Assembly: GCA_965219625.1 (NCBI GenBank) | Contig: OZ244782.1 | Location: forward strand, 2,343,551-2,407,550 | DNA length: 64,000 nucleotides | DNA from: Candidatus Multivoraceae bacterium | Lineage (GTDB): Bacteria > Acidobacteriota > Thermoanaerobaculia > Multivoradales > Multivoraceae | Reading direction: 5' to 3' | Part shown: piece after piece, positions 8,540 through 18,795 of the stretch | Layout of the letters: each line of letters begins with the position of its first letter | Position numbering within the stretch: the first letter of the stretch is position 1 | Position numbers and translations under genes: made by a program | The notes under the pieces: model-generated | Told to the model about the DNA's origin: nothing | The model's input: the letters and a program-made list of their open reading frames with translations, nothing else | Database searches by the model: none

Positions 8540-9727
8540 ATGGAACTGGAGACCTTCGAGCTCGAGCGGCAGCAGTCGCTGTTCGAACATCACGTCGACT
8601 ACAACCTGAGCGAGAGCGGGGTCGAGCCGCTGAGCCTGAGGGAGCTTGCAGGTCTTGGCCTGGACCTGGACGCGTTCTGTTCGGTTCCCATCGAATATGT
8701 GCAGACGAATGGCACTCCCGAACTCCGTTCGCAACTCGCCGGTCGCTACGATGACGCTTCGCCGGACCAACTGCTTGTCACGAATGGCACCTCGGAGGCG
8801 AACTACCTGGCAGTCCAGGTGCTCGTCCGCCCCGGCGACGAAGTCGTCGCGCTGGTTCCGAACTACCTTCAGGTGGCCGGCGCGGCACGCGGCCTGGGTG
8901 CAGCTGTCCGTGACGTGCCGCTCGTACCGGGCGCCGACGCCGCGACCTGGACCTTGGACTGGGACGCCTTCGAGGCGGCGCTGTCCCCGCTCACCCGGCT
9001 GATCTACCTGAGTCAGCCGAACAACCCGACCGGGCACGTTTTCTCATCGGCTGAACTCGACCGCATCGCCGCGGCGGCGGACCGGGTCGGCGCCTGGGTT
9101 CTGTGCGACGAGGTTTATCGCGGCGCGGTCCACGACCTTCCGCCCGGCGAAGAGGCGCCCGGATGCTGGGGCCGCGGCGAGCGGATCGTCGTCACGTCCG
9201 GGCTGTCCAAGTCCTACGGCCTGCCGGGCGCCCGGTTGGGCTGGATGATCGGTCCGCTCGACGTCATCGCCCGTTCCTGGGCCCGCCGCGACTACACGAC
9301 GATTGCGCCCGGCGCCCTCTCCGATGCACTCGCGCGGTTTGCGATCCGCCCGGAGGTCGAGGCACGGCTCCACGACCGCGCGCGGGGGATGATGCGGGTC
9401 AACCGGGGTCAGCTCTGTTCCTGGATCAAGCAGCAGTGCGGCGTGTTCGTCTATCGCGAACCGCGAGCCGGCGCCTACGCCTTCTTGCCGTATCGTCGCG
9501 ATGGGCGCCCGGCCGACTGTGTCGCCTTTGTCGAGCAACTGCGACGCAAGCAGAGCGTACTCCTGGTGGCCGGCCGCTGGGCGGGCATGCCCGGCTACCT
9601 GCGGTTCGGACTGGGCGCCGAACCCTCCGTCTTCGCCGCCGGCCTCGCCCGCATCGGAGAGGAGCTCCGGTCGCCGCGCGACAAGCCGACGGGGGGCGTG
9701 GCGGTCGCTGGGGGAGCAGAGCGGTGA
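8540..9727 (+). CDS. Class I/II PLP-dependent aminotransferase
   Basis: Fold-type I aminotransferase motifs, including the PLP-lysine region GLSKSYGLPGARLGWMIGP; ~395 aa. Confidence 0.75.
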   Translation: MELETFELERQQSLFEHHVDYNLSESGVEPLSLRELAGLGLDLDAFCSVPIEYVQTNGTPELRSQLAGRYDDASPDQLLVTNGTSEANYLAVQVLVRPGDEVVALVPNYLQVAGAARGLGAAVRDVPLVPGADAATWTLDWDAFEAALSPLTRLIYLSQPNNPTGHVFSSAELDRIAAAADRVGAWVLCDEVYRGAVHDLPPGEEAPGCWGRGERIVVTSGLSKSYGLPGARLGWMIGPLDVIARSWARRDYTTIAPGALSDALARFAIRPEVEARLHDRARGMMRVNRGQLCSWIKQQCGVFVYREPRAGAYAFLPYRRDGRPADCVAFVEQLRRKQSVLLVAGRWAGMPGYLRFGLGAEPSVFAAGLARIGEELRSPRDKPTGGVAVAGGAER

Positions 9728-10623
9728 CGACTGCCCGCCTCCGGCGCGCCGTCCATTTCGTTCCCGGAGGCAACGAGCGGATGCTGGCCAAGTCCCTGGG
9801 CCTTGCGGCCGACACCTTGATTCTCGATCTGGAAGACGCCGTGACGCCGAATCGGAAGCAGGTCGTGCGCCGGGAGGTCGCCTCGTGGCTCGCGAACACG
9901 GACTTCGGCGGCCGGGAACGGGCGGTGCGGGTGAACGACCTTCTGACTCCCTGGGGGCGCGAAGACTACGAGGTCACGATGGAGCATCCGCCGGACGTCT
10001 ACGTTGTGCCGAAGGTGCGCGGTGTGGACGATGTGCTGCGGGTCGACCGGTTGGTGGCGCAGTTGGAACTGGAACATGGCCACGATCTGGGCGGCATCGG
10101 CCTGATCCTGATTGGGACCGAGACGGCTGGAGGCGCGCTCAACCTGGGCCGTCTGGTCGCCACGAATCGGGTCTTCGCGTTGACCTGGGGCGCCGAGGAT
10201 CTGTCCGTGTCGATAGGCGCCAGCCGGCGGCGCGACGAGCGGGGGGAGTATCTGGACGTCTTCCGCTACTGCCGCTCGATGACTCTTCTCGCCGCCCGTG
10301 CCGGCGGCGCGCAGCCGATTGACAGCGTATTCGTCGACATCGGCGACCTCGAGGGGCTGCGGCAGGACTGTCGACGGGCGGCCTGGATGGGGTTCGAGGG
10401 GAAGATGACGATTCACCCGAGCCAGATCCCGATCGTGAACGAGATCTTCACTCCGAGTGCCGAGGAGATCGCTGCCGCTTCGGCGCTGGTCGAGGCCTTC
10501 GCCGAGAACGAGAGAGAGGGCCGGATGGCGTTTCGTTTCGAGGGACAGATGGTCGATGCCCCACACCTCCACCGAGCGGAGCGGGTGCTCGACCGTGCCC
10601 GTCAGGCGGCAGCGATCGAGTAG
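9724..10623 (+). CDS. HpcH/HpaI aldolase / citrate-lyase beta (CitE)-like lyase
   Basis: GTG start overlapping the upstream stop (GTGA). ...AVHFVPGGNERMLAKSLGLAADTLILDLEDAV... and ...FEGKMTIHPSQIPIVNEIF... are typical of CitE/malyl-CoA-lyase-like enzymes. Confidence 0.7.
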   Translation: MTTARLRRAVHFVPGGNERMLAKSLGLAADTLILDLEDAVTPNRKQVVRREVASWLANTDFGGRERAVRVNDLLTPWGREDYEVTMEHPPDVYVVPKVRGVDDVLRVDRLVAQLELEHGHDLGGIGLILIGTETAGGALNLGRLVATNRVFALTWGAEDLSVSIGASRRRDERGEYLDVFRYCRSMTLLAARAGGAQPIDSVFVDIGDLEGLRQDCRRAAWMGFEGKMTIHPSQIPIVNEIFTPSAEEIAAASALVEAFAENEREGRMAFRFEGQMVDAPHLHRAERVLDRARQAAAIE

Positions 10624-10653
10624 CAGCCGGAAACCGGCTAAGCTGTTTCCATC

Positions 10654-11421
10654 TTGGTCAGCATGACGCCGAGCAGCTTGGTCGTTGGAATCGCGGGTCT
10701 GTTCCTCCTGCCGATCCTCGCAGGCTCTCTGCAGGCAGACGACCCGACGGTCGAGGACTTGATGCTTGCGGCTGACGACCTGCTGCGCGGGGAGTCGAGT
10801 GAGGGGCGGATCACGATGCGCGTCCGTACCGCCCGCTGGCAACGGGAACTGCGGCTCTACCTGCTCTCCGAGGGCAGCGAGAAGGCCTTGGTCCGCATCG
10901 AGTCGCCGCCGAAGGAAAGGGGCACGGCGACACTCAAGGTCGAGCAGAACATCTGGAACTACCTGCCGCGCGTTGACCGTACGATCAAGGTGCCGGGGTC
11001 CATGATGCAGGCGGCCTGGATGGGAAGTCACTTCACGAACGACGACCTGGTGCGGGAGTCGCGATTCAGCGAGGACTTCGAGTGCCGGTTCGAGCAGCGG
11101 CCCGCGGAGGGCGCGGACCACTGGTTCGTGCGCTGTGTGCCGCTGCCCGATGCGCCGGTGGTTTGGGGTGCGGTCGAGGCTCGGTTCCGGGTCGAGGACC
11201 GACTGCTCGACCGGGTCGAGTACTTCGACGAGCGTGATCGGCTGGTGCGCACGGTCGTCTATGACGACATCGGGCCGTTGGGCGGTCGGACTCTGCCGCG
11301 TCGGATGCGGGTCGTTCCGGCGGACGCCCCCGACGAGTTCACGGAGATCGTCTACGACGAGCTCAGGTTCGAGGTCGAGGTGGGCGACGGAGCGTTCACG
11401 CTGCAGGCGTTGCGGGACTGA
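10654..11421 (+). CDS. LolA-like outer-membrane lipoprotein-sorting-family protein (periplasmic, signal peptide)
   Basis: N-terminal signal peptide; size and position immediately upstream of two FtsX/MacB-type permeases and an ABC ATPase is the usual context for LolA-like (PF17131-type) proteins. Family call is tentative. Confidence 0.5.
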   Translation: MVSMTPSSLVVGIAGLFLLPILAGSLQADDPTVEDLMLAADDLLRGESSEGRITMRVRTARWQRELRLYLLSEGSEKALVRIESPPKERGTATLKVEQNIWNYLPRVDRTIKVPGSMMQAAWMGSHFTNDDLVRESRFSEDFECRFEQRPAEGADHWFVRCVPLPDAPVVWGAVEARFRVEDRLLDRVEYFDERDRLVRTVVYDDIGPLGGRTLPRRMRVVPADAPDEFTEIVYDELRFEVEVGDGAFTLQALRD

Positions 11422-11455
11422 ACCGGCGAGCCTCCGATCCGTGCAGACTCTCCGC

Positions 11456-12667
11456 ATGGCTTGGCGCAACCTGTGGCGGAATGGGCGCCGCACCCTGGTC
11501 ACGGTCGGCGCGATGACCCTCGCCCTGTGGAGCATGGTGCTCTACACCTCCCTGATGGAAGGGATGTTGGGCAGCATGGAGAGGACGCTCCTCGACGTCG
11601 AGCTGGGCGAGATCCAGATCCACGCCGCCGGCTACCGGGAGCGCCCGTCCATCTGGGAACGAATCGAAGAGCCGGATGCACTGCTCCAGGCCCTGGACGA
11701 GACGGGTCTGCGGTCGAGCGCGCGTCTGCTCGGAGGCGCCCTGGTCGCCTCGGGCGACGTCTCGACCGGCGCGATGCTCAAGGGGCTGCGCCCGGAGCGC
11801 GACGCGCTCGTGAGCGACGTCCATCTCCGCCTGGACCGGGGCGAGTGGCTCGATGCGTCCGATCCGGAGGGCGTCGTGCTCGGCTATCGGTTGGCGCGGA
11901 CGCTGGCGGTCGATGTGGGCGGCGAACTCGTCGCGCTGAGTCAGGCGACCGACGGCAGCATGGCGAACGATCTGTTCCGCGTGCGCGGCGTTCTCCAGAG
12001 CCTGAGCGAAGAGACGGACCGGGCGACCGTCTTCCTGCTCGAGGAGGAGTTCCGCAGCTTCTTCGCGCTCGCAGACGGCGCCCACCGGGTCATCGTCCGC
12101 AGTCTGGAGGGGCAGGATCTCGCCGCAGCCGCGGGGGCCGCGGAAGAGGCCGCGGCCGCGAGCGCGCCCGGCTTGGAAGTGAAGAGCTGGCGCGACCTCC
12201 TCCCGGGCCTCGCGAACGTCCTCGACTCGGCGCAAGCCGCCGTCCAGGTCGTCGCGTTCATCGTGTACGTCGTCATCGCGATCCTCATCCTGAATGCGAT
12301 GTTGACGGCGGTCTTCGAACGGATCCGCGAGTTCGGGGTGCTCAAGGCGATCGGTGTTTCGCCGCGGCGGGTGCTGGCGCTCATTCTGGTCGAGGGGGGA
12401 TTCCAGGCGGCGCTGGCGATCGCGATCGGTCTTGCCTGCAGTCTGCCCGCGCTCTGGTTCGTCACGACGCGCGGGATCGACGTCGGCGGCTTGGGCGGAA
12501 CGGCGATCATGGGGGTCGCGATGGATCAGATCTGGACCGGCGCAGTCACGCCGGTGGCGATCGCCGGGCCCATCGTCATCCTGCTCTTCGTCGCGGGCCT
12601 CGCGGTCCTGTTTCCGGCAATCAAGGCGGCGCGGATCAACCCGATCGAGGCGATCCACCACGAGTAG
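11456..12667 (+). CDS. ABC transporter permease, FtsX/MacB-like
   Basis: MAWRNLWRNGRRTLVTVGAMTLALW N-terminal TM, large periplasmic domain, C-terminal FtsX 3-TM block (…AIGVSPRRVLALILVEGG…). The track ORF 11461..12741 in another frame is a GC-artifact. Confidence 0.7.
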   Translation: MAWRNLWRNGRRTLVTVGAMTLALWSMVLYTSLMEGMLGSMERTLLDVELGEIQIHAAGYRERPSIWERIEEPDALLQALDETGLRSSARLLGGALVASGDVSTGAMLKGLRPERDALVSDVHLRLDRGEWLDASDPEGVVLGYRLARTLAVDVGGELVALSQATDGSMANDLFRVRGVLQSLSEETDRATVFLLEEEFRSFFALADGAHRVIVRSLEGQDLAAAAGAAEEAAAASAPGLEVKSWRDLLPGLANVLDSAQAAVQVVAFIVYVVIAILILNAMLTAVFERIREFGVLKAIGVSPRRVLALILVEGGFQAALAIAIGLACSLPALWFVTTRGIDVGGLGGTAIMGVAMDQIWTGAVTPVAIAGPIVILLFVAGLAVLFPAIKAARINPIEAIHHE

Positions 12668-12691
12668 CGGGACGAGGAAGGAAGGAGCAGC

Positions 12692-13939
12692 ATGAACGGC
12701 CCGAATGTGGCTACCCTCGCTTGGCGCAATCTGTGGCGTAACCGTCGACGGACCCTGCTGACCCTGGGTTCGATCATCTTCGGCGTGTTCCTCGCCGTCG
12801 TGTTCACCGCGATGCAGGATCGGAACTGGAAGGACATGATCGACCTCGCGGCACGGCTCGGGGGCGGTCACGTGAGTCTCCAGCATCCGGAGTACCTCGA
12901 CAAGCCGACGCTGACCCGCACGATCTTTCGGAGCGGGATCGTCGAAGCCGCGCTCGAGGTAGAAGCGCCGAGGATCCAGCGCTCCGTCGATCGGGTGATC
13001 GGCCCGACGATGCTGGCGACGGCGGGGGAGACCTTCAGCGCCGCGTTCATCGCCTTCGACCCGGAGGTCGAGGACAAGACGACGCTTTCGATCCTCGAGG
13101 CGATCGACGAAGGCTCGGCCCTCGAGCCCGGCGATGGGAACGGCGTCATCCTCGGCTACCGTCTCGCCCTCAACCTGGGAATGGAGCTCGGCGACAAGGT
13201 GGTCTACACGTTGACCGACAAGGACGGGGAGATCGTGAGCGGTCTCGCGAGGTTGCGGGGCACGCTCCGGACGAACGCGCCCACCGTCGACGGCGGCTTC
13301 TGCCTGCTGCCGATCGACACCGTGCGCGGCGTGCTCGGCTACGGCGAGGACGAGGCGACGCTGGTCGCCGTCTTTCTGGAGGATCAGCGGAAGAGCGCCG
13401 CGGTCGCCGGCCGGTTCCGCCGCGAGCTCGGCGAGACGGCCGCCGCCGTCCCCTGGAACGCGAGTCAACCGCAACTCGCGGCGTTCATCGCGCTGAAGGT
13501 CGGCGGCGCGGTCGTCATGGAGATCCTGATCGCGATCCTCGTCGCGGCCGGCATCTTCAACACGATGTTCGTCAGCGTGATGGAGCGGCTGCGGGAGTTC
13601 GGGATCATGCTGGCGATCGGCTGGAGTCCGGGTCGGCTCTTCCGGCTGATCATGATGGAGAGCGCGTGGCTGGCCGCGCTCGGTCTGGCCGGCGCCTTCC
13701 TGATCACCCTGGGCCCCTACGTCTATCTGTCGTCGGCCGGCCTCGACATGACGGCGATCTACGGCGGGACGGTGGAAATCGCCGGCATCGGCCTGGATCC
13801 CGTGCTGAAGGTCGGCATCTTTCCACGCAACGCGGCGCTGATCGCTCTGTTCGCGGTGATCGCGACCCTTGCCTCGGGCATCTATCCGGCCTGGCGCGCC
13901 GGCCGGGTCGAGCCGGTGTCGGCGATCAGGCTGGTGTGA
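12692..13939 (+). CDS. ABC transporter permease, FtsX/MacB-like (paralog of upstream gene)
   Basis: LAWRNLWRNRRRTLLTLGSIIFGVF...; same architecture as the preceding permease; C-terminal FtsX domain. Confidence 0.7.
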   Translation: MNGPNVATLAWRNLWRNRRRTLLTLGSIIFGVFLAVVFTAMQDRNWKDMIDLAARLGGGHVSLQHPEYLDKPTLTRTIFRSGIVEAALEVEAPRIQRSVDRVIGPTMLATAGETFSAAFIAFDPEVEDKTTLSILEAIDEGSALEPGDGNGVILGYRLALNLGMELGDKVVYTLTDKDGEIVSGLARLRGTLRTNAPTVDGGFCLLPIDTVRGVLGYGEDEATLVAVFLEDQRKSAAVAGRFRRELGETAAAVPWNASQPQLAAFIALKVGGAVVMEILIAILVAAGIFNTMFVSVMERLREFGIMLAIGWSPGRLFRLIMMESAWLAALGLAGAFLITLGPYVYLSSAGLDMTAIYGGTVEIAGIGLDPVLKVGIFPRNAALIALFAVIATLASGIYPAWRAGRVEPVSAIRLV

Positions 13940-13940
13940 A

Positions 13941-14633
<693 letters not shown>

Positions 14634-14655
14634 GACGTCGCCGCGGCGGCGAGGC

Positions 14656-15891
14656 ATGGCGGCGTTCGGGCTCGCCGGCGCTCTCGTTCTGCCGCTGGCC
14701 GCTCCCCCTCCGGCGGCGTCGCAGACCGCTTTCGGCGGCGACCTGCGGGTGTTCGCCTTCCGCATCGTCGACGATGTGGAGGCCGACGACGGGGAGGGCG
14801 GTCTGTCGAGCGGCGTCGAGCTCGGTCTGTTGCGGCTCAAGCTCGAGTCGCGTTGGCGATCCGCTGACGGCGACCGACTCCGCTTCGAATGGCACGGCGT
14901 CGCAGAGGCTGTCTCACCTCGGGGAAGCGGTGCGCTGACGTCGATTGCTACCGGCGGCACGCGGCGCTTCTTCGACCTCGAATCGGACGCGTTCGACTCG
15001 GCGGACACCGTGGGCTCGACCGGGATCGACCGGCTGAACCTGCGCTGGGATCGGCCGGGCTTCCGATTGACCTTCGGCCGGCAGGCGATCAGCCTGGGCG
15101 TGAACTACTTCTGGCCCGTGCTCGACCTGTTTGCTCCGTTTCCGCCGCAGCGGATCGACCGCGATTACAAGCCTGGCGTCGACGCGGTACGGGTCACCGT
15201 TCCGCTCGGCGACTTCTCGGAAGTCGAGGTGATCGCCGCGGCGCTTGGGGACCGGACGCCGGATGATCTCAGCCTCGCTTCGTTCGGCCGCTTTCACCGC
15301 GAGCTCGGCGAGAGCGCGAGCATCGACTTCGGTTACCTGGTCGGCAGCGTCCACCGCGACCTCGTACTCGGCGGCTTCTTCGCGGCGGATGTCTGCGGCA
15401 CAGGCCTTCGCGGCGAACTGGCTTGGACGCGCCCCGTCTGCGACGACGCCGTCGCCCTTCCGCGGTTCGCCTGCGGCGGCTTCTGGCGGGCAACCGTGGG
15501 CGTCGACCGTCTGCTCGGCCCTCGCCTGACTCTGGTCGCCGAGGCCGGCTGGAACGGCTTCGGCGTCGGCGATCCGGCCGAGTACGCCCTGCTCGCGGAT
15601 GCCGACCGGGTGCGCCGCGGCGAGGTCGTGTCGCCAGGCCGCTGGTACGCGGGATTGTCCCTCGCCTGGCAGGCGCATCCCCTGGTTGCCGTGAGTGGAG
15701 CCGTACTGACGAATCGGGACGACGGCTCGACGCTGTTCCAACCCGGGCTGACCTGGTCGATGTCCGACCGCATTTCACTCGTCGCGGGCGTGGTCGTCGG
15801 CGGAGGTCGCGGCGCTCTTCGGGGTGAGCTCAGAAGCGAATACGGGGACGTGCCCCTGGTTGCCTGGTCGTCCCTGGTGGCCTGGTTTTGA
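14656..15891 (+). CDS. Predicted outer-membrane beta-barrel protein (signal peptide, C-terminal ...AWF)
   Basis: Cleavable signal-like N-terminus MAAFGLAGALVLPLAAPPPAASQ, alternating amphipathic strands, aromatic C-terminal residue; follows the exporter genes. No family assigned. Confidence 0.4.
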   Translation: MAAFGLAGALVLPLAAPPPAASQTAFGGDLRVFAFRIVDDVEADDGEGGLSSGVELGLLRLKLESRWRSADGDRLRFEWHGVAEAVSPRGSGALTSIATGGTRRFFDLESDAFDSADTVGSTGIDRLNLRWDRPGFRLTFGRQAISLGVNYFWPVLDLFAPFPPQRIDRDYKPGVDAVRVTVPLGDFSEVEVIAAALGDRTPDDLSLASFGRFHRELGESASIDFGYLVGSVHRDLVLGGFFAADVCGTGLRGELAWTRPVCDDAVALPRFACGGFWRATVGVDRLLGPRLTLVAEAGWNGFGVGDPAEYALLADADRVRRGEVVSPGRWYAGLSLAWQAHPLVAVSGAVLTNRDDGSTLFQPGLTWSMSDRISLVAGVVVGGGRGALRGELRSEYGDVPLVAWSSLVAWF

Positions 15892-15934
15892 ACTGCCCCG
15901 CCCCTGTCGACACGCTCCGGAGACGTCCCGCGCC

Positions 15935-15956
15935 TTTACCGAACGTTCATCGACCG
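15935..15956 (+). promoter_or_regulatory. Candidate Pho box (two 7-nt direct repeats at an 11-bp spacing) upstream of pstS
   Basis: TTTACCG-AACG-TTCATCG-ACCG lies ~65 bp upstream of the pstS ATG; the 7+4 periodicity matches the PhoB-box architecture. Confidence 0.35.
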
Positions 15957-16019
15957 TAAGCTACGCTCCGCGGTGTTCGACCGTCGTGCGTGTCCCCGAC
16001 CTGCAGAGGTGTTTCGGCC

Positions 16020-16910
16020 ATGACCGAGTTCCGTGTGCGTTCCGCCGTCGTTGCCCTGACAGTGACCATGCTGTTCACCGGCTGCGGCGGTGGTGACGGG
16101 AGCTCGCGCATCGTGATTCAGAACAAGGGCTCGGACACCCTGGTCAACGTGGCGCAGGCCTGGGCCGAAGAGTACGCGAAAGCGACGGCGGCAACGGCGG
16201 TGGCCGTGTCGGGCGGCGGTTCGGGTACCGGGATTTCGGCGATGATCAACGGCACGGTCGACATCGCGAACTCGAGCCGTCGGATGACCGCCTCGGAACT
16301 CGAGCAGGCGCGGGCGAACGGCCACGACCCGATCGAGTACATCGTCGGTTACGACGCTCTTGCCGTCTTCCTGCACGAGGACAATCCGCTTGAAGCCATG
16401 TCCCTCGATCAGCTTGCCGACATCTACGGGGAGGGCGGATCCACACAGCGGTGGAGCCAGTTGGGCGCGGCGCCTCCCGGTTGCCCGAGCGACAAGATCG
16501 TCCGGGTCAGCCGCCAGAACAACTCGGGCACCTACTTCTACTATCGCGATGCGATCCTGGGCGACCGCCGGGACTTCAAGTTGGGTTCGCTCGATATGCA
16601 CGGGTCGAAGGACGTGGTCGACCTGGTGGAGCACACGCCCTGCGCGATCGGCTATAGCGGCCTTGCCTACGCGACGGAATATGTCGGCATGCCCTGCATC
16701 CGCTCCGCGGAGGACGCCGACTGCGTCGAACCGACGGTGGCAACGGCGATCGATCGCTCCTATCCGATTTCGCGCCCGCTCTTCATGTACACCGCCGGCG
16801 AACCGCAGGGCGCGATCCGCGAGTACCTCGACTGGGTGCTCGGCGATGTCGGCCAGTGCATCCTGCACCAGAAAGGGTACGCGCCGCGCGTCGTGCTCGA
16901 CTGCTCGTGA
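16020..16910 (+). CDS. pstS: Phosphate ABC transporter substrate-binding lipoprotein
   Basis: MTEFRVRSAVVALTVTMLFTGCGG lipoprotein signal, then PstS-like core (GSDTLVNVAQAWAEEY...VSGGGSGTGI...). The track ORF starts earlier at 15990. Confidence 0.85.
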   Translation: MTEFRVRSAVVALTVTMLFTGCGGGDGSSRIVIQNKGSDTLVNVAQAWAEEYAKATAATAVAVSGGGSGTGISAMINGTVDIANSSRRMTASELEQARANGHDPIEYIVGYDALAVFLHEDNPLEAMSLDQLADIYGEGGSTQRWSQLGAAPPGCPSDKIVRVSRQNNSGTYFYYRDAILGDRRDFKLGSLDMHGSKDVVDLVEHTPCAIGYSGLAYATEYVGMPCIRSAEDADCVEPTVATAIDRSYPISRPLFMYTAGEPQGAIREYLDWVLGDVGQCILHQKGYAPRVVLDCS

Positions 16911-17905
16911 ACCGGGGTCTGGAAGCCGAGGCGGCGGCCGCGTCGACCGCCATGGGAAGGGTCGACGCGGACGTCGTGGCCGACCGCAGGGACCTGGCGT
17001 GGTGGGTCGACAAGGTCGCTCAGGTCCTCGTCCTGTTCGGAGGCCTCTCGGCGATCGTCTTCATCGTCGGCATCTTCCTCTTCATCGGCCGCGAGGGAGC
17101 GGGTTTCATCCTCGATGGCTTCAGCTTCCGCGAGTTCTTCCTGTCGCCGCGCTGGACGCCGACGTCGAACCACAATCCAACCTTCGGCGCCTTGGCCCTG
17201 ATCGCCGGGACCGCCTCGGTGACCGGGCTCGCGATGGTCGTCGCCGTCCCCTTCTCGCTCGGCGCGGCGATCTACATCGGCGAGTTCGCCACCGGCCGGG
17301 TTCGAGAGATGCTGAAGGTGCTCGTCGAACTGCTCGCGGCCATTCCGTCCGTCGTCTGGGGCTTCGTCGGTTTGTCGCTCATCAACCCGCTGATCGTTCG
17401 CTTCTTCGACGCGCCGGTCGGTTTGAACGTGCTGAACGCTGGCGTCATCCTGGGGCTGATGGCGGCGCCGATCATGACGACGATCGCCGAGGACGCATTG
17501 AAGGCCGTGCCGGACACGTACCGCGAGGCGGCGGAGGCGATGGGCGCGACGCGCTGGCAGGTCACCTTGAAGGTCGTGCTGCCCGCCGGGCGGAACGGGC
17601 TGGTCGCGGCAACCCTGCTCGGCGTGGGCCGCGGCTTCGGGGAAACGATGGCCGTCCTGATGGCGAGCGGACATGCGGTGAATCTGCCGACGAGCCCGTT
17701 CGACGCCGTCCGCGCGCTGACGGCGACGATCGCCGCTGAACTCGGTGAGACCGCGGAGGGTTCGGAGCATTGGCAGGCGCTGTTCACGCTGGGGATCTTC
17801 CTGTTCCTCGTCACCTTCACGATCAACTTGCTGGCCGACGTCTTCGTGCGGGGAGGCCTCGGCCGCCGGCGCGGTCGTCGGCCGGTCGCCTCGGCCAATC
17901 CCTAG
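16907..17905 (+). CDS. pstC: Phosphate ABC transporter permease
   Basis: GTG overlapping the pstS stop (GTGA); an ATG at 16952 is an alternative start. PstC-like TM protein with EAA-type loop (…EAAEAMGATRWQVTLKVVLPAG…). Confidence 0.85.
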   Translation: MNRGLEAEAAAASTAMGRVDADVVADRRDLAWWVDKVAQVLVLFGGLSAIVFIVGIFLFIGREGAGFILDGFSFREFFLSPRWTPTSNHNPTFGALALIAGTASVTGLAMVVAVPFSLGAAIYIGEFATGRVREMLKVLVELLAAIPSVVWGFVGLSLINPLIVRFFDAPVGLNVLNAGVILGLMAAPIMTTIAEDALKAVPDTYREAAEAMGATRWQVTLKVVLPAGRNGLVAATLLGVGRGFGETMAVLMASGHAVNLPTSPFDAVRALTATIAAELGETAEGSEHWQALFTLGIFLFLVTFTINLLADVFVRGGLGRRRGRRPVASANP

Positions 17906-17925
17906 CAGACGGAAGCGAGCGCCGC

Positions 17926-18795
17926 ATGTTCGAGGCCACACCCAGGAACCGCCGAAACGAGTCGGTCGAGGTCGGATTCCGCCTGCTGTTCCTGTGGATG
18001 ACCTGCATGTTGATCTTGCCGGTCGTCCTCGTCCTCGGCGTGCTGATCTACCGCGGCTGGCCGGCCCTCTCCTACGAGTTCCTGTTCACCCCGCCGACCG
18101 ACGGCATGACCGCGGGCGGCATCCTGCCGGCCCTGATCGGCACGGTCTGGTTGGTCGTCGTCGCCCTGTTCGCGTCCGTGCCGGTCGGCGTCGCTGCGGC
18201 TCTCTACCTGAGCGAGTACGCCCCGGACAACCGTCTGACCAGGGCGATCAACCTGGCCATCATCAATCTGGCTGGCGTTCCCTCGATCGTCCACGCCCTC
18301 TTCGGCGTCGGCGCCTTCGTCATCTTCTTCCGCTTCGGGACGAGCATCCTGGCTGCCAGCCTGACGTTGGCGATCATGACCTTGCCGGTCGTCATCGTTT
18401 CGACCCGGGAATCCCTGCAGACCGTCCCTCGCGCTTTTCGTGAAGCCTGCTGGAACATGGGCGCGACGCGCTGGCAGACGATCCGGAAGGTCGTCCTGCC
18501 GAACTCGGTCAGCGGCATCCTGACCGGGGTCATCCTCGAGGTGTCGCGGACTGCGGGCGAAACGGCGCCGATCATGTTCACTGGCGCGGTCTTCTTCTCT
18601 CCGTTCCTGCCCCAGGGTCTGCTCGATCAGACGATGGCGATGTCGTTGCATCTGTTCGTCATCCAGACACAGGTGCCGAACGTGCCCGAGCACGTGCCCT
18701 ACGGCGTCGCCCTGGTGCTCATCTCCATGGTGCTCGCGATGAACGGCCTGTCGATTGCATTTCGGGTCTACCTGCGGAACCGCAAGAAGTGGTAG
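17926..18795 (+). CDS. pstA: Phosphate ABC transporter permease
   Basis: MFEATPRNRRNESVEVGFRLLF..., …EACWNMGATRWQTIRKVVLP…; PstA-like. Confidence 0.85.
   Translation: MFEATPRNRRNESVEVGFRLLFLWMTCMLILPVVLVLGVLIYRGWPALSYEFLFTPPTDGMTAGGILPALIGTVWLVVVALFASVPVGVAAALYLSEYAPDNRLTRAINLAIINLAGVPSIVHALFGVGAFVIFFRFGTSILAASLTLAIMTLPVVIVSTRESLQTVPRAFREACWNMGATRWQTIRKVVLPNSVSGILTGVILEVSRTAGETAPIMFTGAVFFSPFLPQGLLDQTMAMSLHLFVIQTQVPNVPEHVPYGVALVLISMVLAMNGLSIAFRVYLRNRKKW

Noticed and set aside
10618-10650. tagcagcc at the CitE-like stop (and ctagcagac after pstC at ~17901) resembling the start of the MITE-like terminal repeat
   Set aside because: Only an 8-nt match (TAG stop + CAGCC); the remainder of the 16-bp TIR is absent. 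The local hairpin agccggaaaccggct is unrelated. Considered coincidence.
11461-12741. 426-aa Arg/Gly/Asp-rich ORF overlapping the first FtsX permease in another frame
   Set aside because: Low-complexity frame-shifted shadow of the permease gene at 11456..12667, which has clear TM segments and FtsX-domain motifs.
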